A DNA stretch of 64,000 nucleotides from an uncultured bacterium (GCA_937996685.1 CALKUP010000001.1:45322-109321); one strand, 5' to 3'; shown: positions 8,501 through 18,684, counted from the first letter of the stretch. Numbers and translations: made by a program. The notes: generated by a model not told the origin, from the sequence alone.

Positions 8501-11236
8501 TTACGCGACGTCCGTCAATTCGCCCCAATTTTCTCCAACTTCAGCATCGACTGTTAACGGAACATTGAGTTCAACAGCGTGTTCCATGATTTTTTTAATT
8601 TTCGCAGTCTCTGATTTGACTTTGTCTTTTTTCACTTCAAACACAAGTTCATCGTGCACTTGCAGAATCATTGTTGCGTCAATATCGCCAGCGGCAATGG
8701 CTTTGCCAACTGCGATCATCGCGATTTTCATAATGTCTGCCGCTGTCCCTTGAACAGGCATGTTTACGGCCGCGCGTTCTGCGGCTGCTTTGAGCATCGG
8801 ATTTTTTCCTTGAATATCCGGCAGGTTGCGGCGGTGTCCAAATAATGTTTCGGCGTATCCGGATTGTTCTGTTTCCGCTTTAATGCGTTCGATGTATGTT
8901 TGAATGCCGGTGTGGACGGAAAAGTATTTATCAAGAAACACGCGCGCTTCGTCTCGGGAAATTCCGGAGTCACGCATAATGCCTTGCACGCCCATGCCGT
9001 AGAGAATGCCGAAGTTGATGGCTTTTGCAGCGCGACGCATATCTTTTGTCACCTTGTCCATTGGGACATCGTTTAATTCAGCGGCGGTTTTACTGTGAAT
9101 GTCCTCGCCATTTTGAAAGGCTTCTGTCATCACGGCATCGCCAGACAAGTGGGCAACAACCCGAAGTTCAATTTGTGAGTAATCAAGCGCGATGAGCAAA
9201 TTGCCTTTGTCTGCAATAAAGGCTTTGCGGATTTCACGGCCAAGCTCTGTGCGAATTGGAATGTTCTGCAAGTTTGGGTCTGTTGAGCTGAGGCGTCCGG
9301 TTGCGGCGATTGTTTGGTTAAATGACGTGTGAATGCGTCCTGTTTTTTGATTGATCAATGTCGGAAGTGAGTCGATGTAGGTTGATGTCAGTTTTTTTAA
9401 TTCACGAAATTCAGAAATTTTATCAATAATTGGATGCAGTCCGCGTAATTTTTCAAGTTCTGACGCCGCTGTCGAAAGACCAGTTTTTGTCTTTTTGATT
9501 TTGTCCGTTGAGATTTGCAATTTGTCGAATAAAATTTCGGCTAATTGCGCAGGACTTGCAACGTTAAATTCCGCACCAGCCATATCTTGAATTTCTCGAT
9601 TCACAATCGCAATACGTTTGTGTAGTTTTTTACTCATGTCGTGCAAAAATGGCACGTCAATTTTTACTCCCGCTTCTTCAACAGATACCAGGGTTCTCAG
9701 TGTTTCCATTTCAATGTCGAAGAATAATGTTTCATAGCCTTCGCTTGTGATACGTGGAGCAAATCGGTTATACAGGCGCAATGAAAAATCAGCATCTTCA
9801 GCGGCGTACCAGGCAACTTTTTCTACTGCGACATCTGCCATCGATAATTGGTTTTTGCCTTTGCCGATGAGCTCCTCAATGGATTGCATGGTGTAATCAA
9901 ATTCGGCAAACGCCAACGCGTCTAGTGAGTGTCCGCGTCCGCCACCGCTCAAAATGTATGATGCAAGCATGGTGTCGAAAGCGACTCCAGCAACAGCAAC
10001 GCCCGCGCCATGTAAAATTTCAACATCGTATTTAATGTTGTGGCCAGTTTTTTGAATCGCCGGATTTTCTAGAATCGCTTGAATATCTTTCGGAACACTA
10101 ACGGCGCCATTTTTTGTCATGCATGGAATATAGATGCCGTGGCCTTCTTCCCAGGCAATACTAATGCCAACAAGTTCTGCGGCCATTGCATCAACGCCGG
10201 TTGTTTCGGTGTCGATTGCTATCATTGATTGTTTTTCAATGATAGCGCAGACGTCTGCAATGTCTTCAGGAGTTTGAATAAGGCGATAGACAGAATCTTT
10301 ATCGACTGGTTTTTCGTTCACCGCCTCTTCCTCAATGCCGATCGCAAACAAACCTTCTTTTTTTGTAAACCCTGGAAGTGTTTCAATTGTTTTTAGTAAT
10401 GAATGAAATTCCCATGCCCGAAACAAATCGCGAATTTTTGCTTCGTTGTACTGTCCGATTTTTGCAGCACTTGCATCAAACTCAACCGGCGCGTCGCACA
10501 CAATGGTTGCGAGTTCACGCGACATTTCGGCTTGGTCTTGCTGTCCTTCAAGTGCCTTGCGATTCCGTCCGGTAATCTCTTCCAAGTGAGCGTAAATATT
10601 TTCAATTGTGCCAAATGCTTTGAGTAGTTCTGTCGCGCCTTTTTCGCCAATGCCTTTCACGCCTGGAATATTATCAGAGGTATCACCACGAAGTCCTTTG
10701 TATTCGATGACTTGTTCCGGTGTAAATTGATATGCCGCTTCAACAGACGCGCGATCAAATAATTCCATTTCCTTAACCCCTTTTTTCAACCGCAATACTT
10801 TTGTATGCGCGTCGACAAGCTGCAACAAATCCATGTCACCGGTCAAAATAATTGCTTCTTGTTTTTTTGTTTTGGTCGCTTGTTTTGCGATGGTTCCAAT
10901 AAGATCGTCTGCTTCAAATCCAGAGAGCTTGAATACTGGAAAGCCAAATGCTGCAACAACGTCTTCAACGAGCGGGAACTGCGTAATCAAGTCAGCGTCA
11001 GTTTCAGAGCGATTCGCCTTATAGTCTTTGAATTGTTTGTGACGAAATGTTGGGCCTTTTGAGTCAAAACAGACAACGACCTCGTCTGGTTTCATGTCCT
11101 TGAGGGCGTTGATTGTCATTAATAAAAAGCCGTAGACCGCTCCAACCGGTGTTCCGTCAGAAGAGGTAAGTGGAGGGAGGGCGTGATATGCACGGTGAAT
11201 GAGCGCGTGAGCGTCGATAATAAGGAGTTTTTTCAT
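8501..11236 (-). CDS. polA: DNA polymerase I
   Basis: 5'-3' exonuclease (RAYHA, EADD), 3'-5' exonuclease DTETT, DYSQIELR, KAINFG..YG, VHDE. Confidence 0.98.
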   Translation of the reverse strand: MKKLLIIDAHALIHRAYHALPPLTSSDGTPVGAVYGFLLMTINALKDMKPDEVVVCFDSKGPTFRHKQFKDYKANRSETDADLITQFPLVEDVVAAFGFPVFKLSGFEADDLIGTIAKQATKTKKQEAIILTGDMDLLQLVDAHTKVLRLKKGVKEMELFDRASVEAAYQFTPEQVIEYKGLRGDTSDNIPGVKGIGEKGATELLKAFGTIENIYAHLEEITGRNRKALEGQQDQAEMSRELATIVCDAPVEFDASAAKIGQYNEAKIRDLFRAWEFHSLLKTIETLPGFTKKEGLFAIGIEEEAVNEKPVDKDSVYRLIQTPEDIADVCAIIEKQSMIAIDTETTGVDAMAAELVGISIAWEEGHGIYIPCMTKNGAVSVPKDIQAILENPAIQKTGHNIKYDVEILHGAGVAVAGVAFDTMLASYILSGGGRGHSLDALAFAEFDYTMQSIEELIGKGKNQLSMADVAVEKVAWYAAEDADFSLRLYNRFAPRITSEGYETLFFDIEMETLRTLVSVEEAGVKIDVPFLHDMSKKLHKRIAIVNREIQDMAGAEFNVASPAQLAEILFDKLQISTDKIKKTKTGLSTAASELEKLRGLHPIIDKISEFRELKKLTSTYIDSLPTLINQKTGRIHTSFNQTIAATGRLSSTDPNLQNIPIRTELGREIRKAFIADKGNLLIALDYSQIELRVVAHLSGDAVMTEAFQNGEDIHSKTAAELNDVPMDKVTKDMRRAAKAINFGILYGMGVQGIMRDSGISRDEARVFLDKYFSVHTGIQTYIERIKAETEQSGYAETLFGHRRNLPDIQGKNPMLKAAAERAAVNMPVQGTAADIMKIAMIAVGKAIAAGDIDATMILQVHDELVFEVKKDKVKSETAKIKKIMEHAVELNVPLTVDAEVGENWGELTDVA

Positions 11237-11372
11237 GTATTGATACTAACAGACCGTGTGGATCCGTGCCAGCAATCATTTTTGTGGTGATATTTAGCAG
11301 AGAGTATCGACAAAATCCGCGACGTGCGGTACGGTTGCGGCAACACCGTACCTTACAGTATTGGAGGGTCAA

Positions 11373-12020
11373 ATGGGACGAGGACGCGAATTGCGTAAGC
11401 GCCGCCAGCGTACCCGTACAGGCTGGCAAAGTGTCCCTGTGAGCTGGTCGGAAAACAATGAGCACCACATCGTGCCTCGTTCTCGGATCTTTTACGATCC
11501 AGAACACGGAGACGAAAAACGGATTCAGGTTCTGTGCTACTTCTGGCATACGCTGTGCTGGCACAGACTGTTCGAAAATGCGTTGCCAGGAGAAGTTGTC
11601 GAGGTGTTGATGTTGGCTGCGAAGTCGGCAAAAGACATGACGTTTCGTGGGCAAGTTCATCAGCAGCGCTGGCGCTTGATCAAAGAGGCTCTGTGGCGAA
11701 CGCGTCAAAAAACAGATGCCTTCTTCCGAGCGCAGGGCCGCGCCGCCATCCGATTGCATTTGCGTGACCAAGACATCGAAGACCTGGACCTTGATTTTTC
11801 TTTGTTCCCAAAACGGGAGCAAAAGGATCTTGAGTTCCTTTTCGGAGACACGCTGCGGTCGACGCTCGGTATTCACTGGATGCTTGAGCAAGTAATGCCG
11901 GTCACAGCGATCAAGGCAATGCCGGCGCTGAATCTCCAAAATCTTCGTGACCTCGCAATGAGATGTCATCACAGAGTGATGGCGCATCGCGCAGCACGGA
12001 AGACCGGCCGGGCAGGATAA
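11373..12020 (+). CDS. Orphan with HNH-like motif (215 aa)
   Basis: EHHIVPRSR...LC..WH...WH.LF; GGAGG SD; terminator at 12046-12075. Confidence 0.55.
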   Translation: MGRGRELRKRRQRTRTGWQSVPVSWSENNEHHIVPRSRIFYDPEHGDEKRIQVLCYFWHTLCWHRLFENALPGEVVEVLMLAAKSAKDMTFRGQVHQQRWRLIKEALWRTRQKTDAFFRAQGRAAIRLHLRDQDIEDLDLDFSLFPKREQKDLEFLFGDTLRSTLGIHWMLEQVMPVTAIKAMPALNLQNLRDLAMRCHHRVMAHRAARKTGRAG

Positions 12021-12092
12021 CGGCCCACAACAACAGAGGGGGAACAAGAGGTGATCGGACGGGTCATCTCTTTTTCTTTATATATAGAGTGT

Positions 12093-14348
12093 TTATCGAC
12101 CACGCCGAAATTCATCAGACAGCGCATAAAATACACCGATATCGTCGATGATGTTCAGTGGCTGTAACGGTGGATTCGATGATGGTGTGTTCGATGATGG
12201 TGTGTTCACGTGTGTTGTGTCGAGTTGATCAAAGTCCCATTGTGGTTCTTGAGTCGATTGATGTATATTGCTAGGTGGTTGTGCCTGCTCTGTGCTCGGT
12301 AGTAGTTTGTAATTTTTGAGTACTTGAACGAGGCGTGCAATCCTTTTTCGTTTCAACAAGGCTTGCATTGTGTGATGTTGTTCGATGGTGTTCCAATAGT
12401 TGTAGATGCCAAGCAGTAAAAGGACAAGAAGTAGGATTGCGACAAGAGTTATTTGTATTGGGTGTGCGCGTACGGTATTCCACAAAGAACTGTTCGATTG
12501 AGAATCTTCAGCTGCTTGGTTGCTTGTTGCTGCGCGAAATTTGTTTTGCGCTGCTGTATGCGTTGCCTGGCTCTCAGGCGCACCGACTGTTGCGCTATTT
12601 GCTTGTTCCGTGTCTGCCTGCGCGGATTCTTGCGTGACATCTTGCGCGCTGCGAGGAATGATTTTCCGCACACCGCTGACCTGTTCGACAATTCCGGTCA
12701 CAGAAACACTGCTTCCTTCTTTAAAGTCTTTTGCGCTGACTCCGGCAGAGCTTTTCAGCGCTGCAGAAATTCCGTTTTCTAAATTCCAGGTTGTGCTGGA
12801 TTTGTCGGCAAGGACGCTGCTGGTTTGGACAAGAGTTCCATCGAGTGTTTCGTTGAGTTCGTCAACATTTTTTGGGGCCACCTCCGTTGTTTCTCCGGTG
12901 ATTTGAATGTCGCTGGCCTGGCTGATTTTCACCCGTTTTATACCTCGAGATTCTCCAAGCTCTCCAGAAACCGTTGCCTTGCTTCCAATAGCTAGCTCAG
13001 GAAACAGTTTTGCATATGAATAGATTTGAATGCCGCTGGTTGCGTCTTGCAACATAAAATATTGTGTTCCAAGTTGACCAGGCAGCGCGGTGACAGTTCC
13101 TGAAACGGTTACTTCAGCGCCGTCTTGCAATAGCTTTGCTGCTGCAATGGTTTGTGCAGTGTTTGATTGCAATACGGTTTTTGCTTGTGCGGGTGTAGCA
13201 GTGCTTGGTGTCACGGCTTTTGCAACACCGCCGCCTACCGCTGCTGCTGTTTTTTGTGTGACAACAGATGCCGCGTGGGCACTGTTTGCAGCGCCGGGTG
13301 TCGGGGTTGTTGTCCATGAAAAGCCTGAATGAAATCGAGCGTATGATTGTCCTTCAGCACTCGCAGTGTATTGCACGCTATCAATTGTGCTGCCGAAGGG
13401 GTCAGTAAGGGTAATTGTTTCGCCAGAGTTATTCAGTGAGATTTTCGTTGCGCTTGATTGCAATAACAATAATTCTCCTGCGCCGAGTATCGTGTCTTTT
13501 ATGGTGTAGGTTTTTGCGTCATCGCTCACGCTCCAGTCGCGCAACTGAATATCACTGTCACCGATGTTTGCCAATTCAATCCATTCAGCGTTAGTGTCTG
13601 AGCCGACGGGGTTTGGGAGAAGTTCGTTGATGACAATATCGCTTGATGTTTGTGTTGTTGTTTCTTGTGTGGTTGTTGTTGGGGTAGTGATCTCGGTTGA
13701 AGGAGTATTATTTGTGGGCGCGGTTGTTTCTGTTGTCGCGGCGACTGTGTCTTGCTGCGTGGTTGCTGCTGCAGCTGTAAAAATATTTGCGCTGCCAGCA
13801 GTCGGTGTCGGCGTGAATTCCCAGGTCGTTAATCCGTTTGGTTGCGCAAGGTGTTTTGACCATGACGCTCCGGACAGTGCGGTTTCGTACGTTGTTTGAT
13901 CAAGCGCAACTCCGGAAGCATTAGTTAATACAATCGTGTCGCCGCCGTTGTTTAAAAATATTTTCGTGACGCTAAACGGCAATGCAAGATATGAGTGCGC
14001 TGCGAGTGATGTTGACTCGACCGTGCTTTCTGAAAGCGTGAACGCTTTTCCAGAAGCGTCGGTGAGCGTGAGGTCAGAAATTGAAACAGCAGAATTATTC
14101 GGATTGTAGATTTCAATAAACTCTTCTTGTCCGGTTGTCGGAGCAGGGTAGAGTTCGCTGATTTGAATGGCGGTCGTTGTTTCTGTTGGGATAGCTGCAG
14201 ACTCAGTCGTTATTGGCGGAGTTTGGACAACAGCGCCAGTTGTTTCATCGACATACTGACATTGTAAAATAACAGCGCTGGCAGACGTTGGGATGCATGC
14301 GCCTATAATAATGAAGACTGCGAGCAGTTGCGCGACAGTGCGTTGCAT
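12093..14348 (-). CDS. Surface protein: two lamin-tail domains, OB-fold-like region, C-terminal TM helix
   Basis: Signal peptide; ISELYPAP..EEFIEIYN and INELLPNP..EWIELAN; YFMLQDATSGIQIY; Thr-rich linkers. Confidence 0.85.
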   Translation of the reverse strand: MQRTVAQLLAVFIIIGACIPTSASAVILQCQYVDETTGAVVQTPPITTESAAIPTETTTAIQISELYPAPTTGQEEFIEIYNPNNSAVSISDLTLTDASGKAFTLSESTVESTSLAAHSYLALPFSVTKIFLNNGGDTIVLTNASGVALDQTTYETALSGASWSKHLAQPNGLTTWEFTPTPTAGSANIFTAAAATTQQDTVAATTETTAPTNNTPSTEITTPTTTTQETTTQTSSDIVINELLPNPVGSDTNAEWIELANIGDSDIQLRDWSVSDDAKTYTIKDTILGAGELLLLQSSATKISLNNSGETITLTDPFGSTIDSVQYTASAEGQSYARFHSGFSWTTTPTPGAANSAHAASVVTQKTAAAVGGGVAKAVTPSTATPAQAKTVLQSNTAQTIAAAKLLQDGAEVTVSGTVTALPGQLGTQYFMLQDATSGIQIYSYAKLFPELAIGSKATVSGELGESRGIKRVKISQASDIQITGETTEVAPKNVDELNETLDGTLVQTSSVLADKSSTTWNLENGISAALKSSAGVSAKDFKEGSSVSVTGIVEQVSGVRKIIPRSAQDVTQESAQADTEQANSATVGAPESQATHTAAQNKFRAATSNQAAEDSQSNSSLWNTVRAHPIQITLVAILLLVLLLLGIYNYWNTIEQHHTMQALLKRKRIARLVQVLKNYKLLPSTEQAQPPSNIHQSTQEPQWDFDQLDTTHVNTPSSNTPSSNPPLQPLNIIDDIGVFYALSDEFRRGR

Positions 14349-14467
14349 AAAAAAATATCCTTCTAGTGCGAGAAGCGCCTGAAGGATGTGTCGGGTCTAT
14401 TGTGCAATACTGTTTCGTGGCTGTCAATTGGTTGACGCTGGCCCGTGATCCATCTATTCTTGCAGAT

Positions 14468-16381
14468 ATGTTGAATCATTCTTTTGTTCGTCGTGCGTCA
14501 TTTTTTCTTTCGGTGGTGTTTTTGATATCCGCGATTGCGCGCGTCGGGCTTTTTTGGAAAACAGAAATAGCGAATCAAGTCTTGGTTGGAGCATTAGTGC
14601 TTGGTTTATGCGCGGCGTTAATTGTCGGAAGAAAGCGTCAGATCACGATTCACATGCTACCAACGCTCTACGGCTTTGCGGTTCTTGAATTAGTGAACAC
14701 AGCTCGTGTGTTATGGCCGAGTCTGTTGCCACAAAAGCAGCTTATTGGGATGTTGCTTGGAACAACAGAGTCTGCTGGTATGTTGTCATTTCTTGGGGTG
14801 ACTGCGCTTGTGCTCGGAGTGTCGTACACACTGTCTGATGTTTTTATGCAGGTGTGTACAGGTGCGACGCCTCGCCGGTGGCTGACTGTGTTTCAGCGGC
14901 GCCCATTCTTTTTTGCTTTGCTCTTTTCGTTTGTGCTCACGAGTGTGTATAGCATTGACCTTGCGCTTCGACACGCAGCGTTTACAGCAACGGTCTATGA
15001 CTTCGGGATTTTTGATCAAGCGCTCTATATGCTATCGCGCGGTGCAACGGGTTCAACAACGCGTCAGTTTACAAACATCTTTTTTGACCACCAGCATTTT
15101 TCTTTAGTGCTGCTCACACCACTGTATTGGATCGGACGGGGACTACATGGATACACGCTGCAGATTCTAACGCCATTTTTGTTGATTTTTTTTCCATCTG
15201 TGGTGACTTTTTATATTGCGCAAACATTCGCAGCTCTGCGTGGGCTGGATATTAAAAAACCGTATTGGGTTATTCCGACGACGAGTCTGTTGTTGTGGTT
15301 GCATCCATATACGCAATCCGCGATCGGATTTTATTTTCATGAAAAATACCTCATGCCATTGGTATTCACTGGCTTTTTATATACAGTCGTCTCTTTTGTG
15401 CATGCGCCAACCTGGCGCTGGTTCGCTGGAATGTGCACATTCGCGCTTCTCTGGTCTGGGATAAAAGAAGATCAGTGGTTGTTTGTTTTTGTGTGTGTAT
15501 TGCAGTGCGGTGTTGCGACGTGGTTGCATGCAGGCGTTCGATCAGCCGTGAACCGTTTCCGTGTGCTAGGGGTCTCTGCAGTTGCTGTTGTGCCGCTTGT
15601 GTACGCCGGTTTTTTGAGTTGGTTTCACACCCAATCAACCAATGGCCAATATGTGCATTTGTATTCCCATCTTGGTCTTGCGGCTCGGCAGTGTTTTGTT
15701 GAATTGAATCCAGCAGCGGCGTTGCAGACATTAAAGCTCATGGATGATGTAAACATCTATCAATATCAACATTTATTGACGCTTGATCTATTCGGCGTAA
15801 TTGTCTTTCCGTTGAGTGTGCTCGGCAATTACGCGGAGCGGTTGCTTGCGGAAAGCCCTTCATTAAAAAATCCAATTTTTCATTATGGCGTTGATGTGCC
15901 AATCTATTCTGCTGTTGGGTTTGTGTTGCTTCTGTTGTTATTGCAAAAACATCTGCCCGCTCTATCACGCCGTGTCCATTTTTTTGGTATCACACTCGCA
16001 CTTGTTGGTTTTTCAGCGCTGCTTGGCTGGAACGCTATTTATTATCTCGTGCCAACAATGCAACGCGATGTTGTTCGATTTGTTGAAACTCGGTCAGAGC
16101 GAGTATCTGTTGCAGAGACAGCAAGGCGTATTCCTGCTGACGCATCGCTTGTGGTGTCTGATGGTTGGGCGACGCATTTCACGGCCCGCACGTCTGTTGC
16201 GCAATGGCCAGAAGTCTTGCAATTACCAGAAGGCACGCCTGGCAAAAATGCTCTCGCTACTTTTGATTATTGGCTTTTGCGTAGAAGTGACGCAACGACC
16301 GCGGCGCAAGTGCAGTTGCTGGTCGATTCAGGATATCAAATTATCGAAGAAACTGAATTTGCTTTTCTTGTGCAGCGATAG
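14468..16381 (+). CDS. DUF2079-like GT-C membrane protein
   Basis: YDFGIFDQ, F.DH, FH, KED motifs; many TM segments. Confidence 0.75.
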   Translation: MLNHSFVRRASFFLSVVFLISAIARVGLFWKTEIANQVLVGALVLGLCAALIVGRKRQITIHMLPTLYGFAVLELVNTARVLWPSLLPQKQLIGMLLGTTESAGMLSFLGVTALVLGVSYTLSDVFMQVCTGATPRRWLTVFQRRPFFFALLFSFVLTSVYSIDLALRHAAFTATVYDFGIFDQALYMLSRGATGSTTRQFTNIFFDHQHFSLVLLTPLYWIGRGLHGYTLQILTPFLLIFFPSVVTFYIAQTFAALRGLDIKKPYWVIPTTSLLLWLHPYTQSAIGFYFHEKYLMPLVFTGFLYTVVSFVHAPTWRWFAGMCTFALLWSGIKEDQWLFVFVCVLQCGVATWLHAGVRSAVNRFRVLGVSAVAVVPLVYAGFLSWFHTQSTNGQYVHLYSHLGLAARQCFVELNPAAALQTLKLMDDVNIYQYQHLLTLDLFGVIVFPLSVLGNYAERLLAESPSLKNPIFHYGVDVPIYSAVGFVLLLLLLQKHLPALSRRVHFFGITLALVGFSALLGWNAIYYLVPTMQRDVVRFVETRSERVSVAETARRIPADASLVVSDGWATHFTARTSVAQWPEVLQLPEGTPGKNALATFDYWLLRRSDATTAAQVQLLVDSGYQIIEETEFAFLVQR

Positions 16382-16441
16382 CATTCTCTGTTTTGACGAA
16401 TTTGTGAAATCGCGATAGGCTGTTTGAACGTTTCCGCTTCT

Positions 16442-16526
16442 GCCGGAGTGGTGAAATTGGTATACACGCTTGCCTTAGGAGCATGTGGAGAAATCCGTGG
16501 AGGTTCGAGTCCTCTCTCCGGCACCA
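16442..16526 (+). tRNA. tRNA-Leu(TAG)
   Basis: GCCGGAG/CTCCGGC acceptor stem, CT-TAG-GA loop, variable arm, GTTCGAGTC, encoded CCA. Confidence 0.95.
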
Positions 16527-16585
16527 AATATCGTACGCAGTATTGTAATAAAAAAACGAGCCTGAGCAATCGTCACGTTGTGGGT

Positions 16586-16732
16586 CTAGTAGGCTATGAG
16601 CCAATAGACGAACGCAATGATTACGCAGGCCAAGAAAGCGATGGTCTTTTTGTACTCCATCGCTTCAATGACGACGAGTCCAATAAAATTCAGAGCGAAC
16701 CACCCACACTGCTCAAGATCCTCAGAGGTCAT
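16586..16732 (-). CDS. Small membrane orphan (48 aa, two hydrophobic segments)
   Basis: GGAG SD; TTGACA-N16-TACAGT promoter at 16786-16813. Confidence 0.45.
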   Translation of the reverse strand: MTSEDLEQCGWFALNFIGLVVIEAMEYKKTIAFLACVIIAFVYWLIAY

Positions 16733-16858
16733 GGGATTCTCCGTGTTGCTGCAAAGTGCGTCTGAAGGCATTTTCAGTTGGCGCGACTGTAGCAAAATCA
16801 GGCTAATTGTCAACTTCTTTTGTGAGCCGGATCTTGTGTCGTGTGGTATTATTTTTAT

Positions 16859-17398
16859 ATGAAATACGTCGCACTGCTCCGCGGAATTAACGTTGGAGGA
16901 AATAACAAGGTCGAGATGAAGAAATTGAAAGCACTTTTTGAGTCTCTTGGTTTTGATGATGTTGTGACCTATATCAATTCTGGCAATGTTGTATTTGGGT
17001 CAAAAAAGGTTAGTCCAAAAACCCTGGCGAAAAAAATTGAAACAGCGATTGAAAATGAATTTGGGTTTACGGTTGCTGTGCTCGTGCGTGACGAAAAAAA
17101 TATCGCAACGGTTGCAAAGAAGATTCCGGCGGCATGGGTGAATAATGCTGAAATGCGAACTGATGTATTATTTTTATGGAGCGAGATTGATAACCCAAAG
17201 ATTGTGAAAGAGTTTGAGGTGAACGCAGGTATCGAACATCTGAAATATATTGATGGGGCAGTGGTGTGGAATATCAAAAAGAAGGATTACAATAAAAGTC
17301 GCGTACCGAAAATCATGTTGCGGAAAGATGTCTATAAAAACATCACCATTCGAAATGTGAATACTCTGCGAAAGTTGAATGATTTGCTGGCGAAGTAA
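16859..17398 (+). CDS. DUF1697 family protein
   Basis: YVALLRGINVGG, TYINSGNV, TIRN.NT. Confidence 0.92.
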   Translation: MKYVALLRGINVGGNNKVEMKKLKALFESLGFDDVVTYINSGNVVFGSKKVSPKTLAKKIETAIENEFGFTVAVLVRDEKNIATVAKKIPAAWVNNAEMRTDVLFLWSEIDNPKIVKEFEVNAGIEHLKYIDGAVVWNIKKKDYNKSRVPKIMLRKDVYKNITIRNVNTLRKLNDLLAK

Positions 17399-17400
17399 AT

Positions 17401-17429
17401 AAAAAACCCGGAACATGTCCGGGCTTTTT
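17401..17429. terminator. Bidirectional terminator
   Basis: AAAAAACCCGGA..TCCGGGCTTTTT between convergent genes. Confidence 0.75.
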
Positions 17430-17447
17430 ACAACGCCAAAGGCTGTA

Positions 17448-18146
17448 TTAAAACGCAAAACTTTTATAGAAGGCTTCAAAATCTTTGTCTGTTGCGCCGC
17501 CGTCCATAATTTCAAATGTCTTGCCGTTTTTTTCAAGATAAATCGCTGTTGTCTGCACTGCAGTGTCACCGCTAGTCACAGTCACCTTGGCTCCTTTTAA
17601 TGAGCCGACGGTGATGTCTTCTTTTTTTTCTTTACGGTCTTTTGCTGATTTTGATAATTCTGGAATCAGGTCAGCGGCTTTTTTTGAACTATAAATAGAA
17701 ACAAACCATTCGCCTTCATATCCGTCTTCATCTTTTGAGTCTGTGAGACCAAATGGATAAAAACCCAACTCTTCTTTGTCGCTCAAAAACTCTGTGCCTT
17801 TTGGAAGTTTCACAGAAAAGCCGTACTTGTCGTTTTTGTATGTACTACTCGCCGCTGTTTCTGTCGCGGTGTTTGTATTTTTATTCGCGTTGCTTGTTGT
17901 GTTGGTGTTTGCGTTGCTATTTTCGTTATCGTTTTTCGTGGTGTTTGTATTCTTGTTACTATTTTTATTCGCGTTCTTATTGCTGTTTTTATTTGTCACA
18001 TTGATCATGACGTCGTCGTTTGTGACATTTGTGTTACTTTTCGTGTCTGTGTCGCTGTTTTTGCCAATGAGTAAATATGCGATGACGCCAATCAATACAA
18101 CCATGACAAGTCCCATGATAATAAGAAGTGTTTTTTGATTCTTCAT
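17448..18146 (-). CDS. Membrane-anchored protein with Asn/Thr/Lys-rich stalk and PsbP-like C-terminal domain
   Basis: N-terminal TM helix, low-complexity linker, TYKNDKYGFSVKLP, terminal SFAF. Confidence 0.7.
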   Translation of the reverse strand: MKNQKTLLIIMGLVMVVLIGVIAYLLIGKNSDTDTKSNTNVTNDDVMINVTNKNSNKNANKNSNKNTNTTKNDNENSNANTNTTSNANKNTNTATETAASSTYKNDKYGFSVKLPKGTEFLSDKEELGFYPFGLTDSKDEDGYEGEWFVSIYSSKKAADLIPELSKSAKDRKEKKEDITVGSLKGAKVTVTSGDTAVQTTAIYLEKNGKTFEIMDGGATDKDFEAFYKSFAF

Positions 18147-18261
18147 AAAATGATAAATAATTTTTCTTAGTATAGCATTAAATGGTCTTGCTGTAATAGA
18201 TGTTGCTTGTTTTGATATAAATGTGTTAAGAGATGTAATTGCACGTTAATAGGGGAAGGCA

Positions 18262-18684
18262 ATGGCCTTGTCATTTGTTAGGAATGAAACAACATTCGGC
18301 ACTTGTCCTCTTTGTCACAAAGGAAACAATAGTACTCGGTTGGTTGTGAGCAAGAAATATGGACAGAGGTGCTGTAGTGATTGTCGCGCTGGTAAGTCGA
18401 TAATCATTTGCGCACGCTGCGCCGCCGATGCCCGAATCGCTGGGAGCGGTGTCCGTGGTCCCGTCTGCTTTGCCTGCTACAAGCGGTTTGACCAGCCGAA
18501 ACAACAGTGCTTTTGTTGTGGTGAAGTTCAGATCCTGAAAGACACGAGTCGGAGGCTCTGCAAAAAATGCCTCACCAAAAAAAACGTGGTGTGCATCACC
18601 TGCGAGAAGGTACGGCCAGATGCAGGCCACGGCATGTGCGGACCGTGCTCTCGCCGTCGGTTGCGTCATCAGTCTACCGCATAA
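18262..18684 (+). CDS. Cys-rich orphan with eight CxxC pairs
   Basis: CPLC, CSDC, CARC, CFAC, CFCC, CKKC, CITC, CGPC; purine-rich SD-like stretch. Confidence 0.65.
   Translation: MALSFVRNETTFGTCPLCHKGNNSTRLVVSKKYGQRCCSDCRAGKSIIICARCAADARIAGSGVRGPVCFACYKRFDQPKQQCFCCGEVQILKDTSRRLCKKCLTKKNVVCITCEKVRPDAGHGMCGPCSRRRLRHQSTA

Noticed and set aside
11157-12047. 296-aa minus-strand ORF
   Set aside because: Overlaps the polA start; the plus-strand ORF has the SD, motif and terminator
12175-12207. 15-bp tandem duplication TTCGATGATGGTGTG
   Set aside because: In-frame coding duplication (NTPSS twice); too short to be an array
17840-18060. Low-complexity repeat-like DNA
   Set aside because: Explained by the Asn/Thr/Lys-rich protein linker
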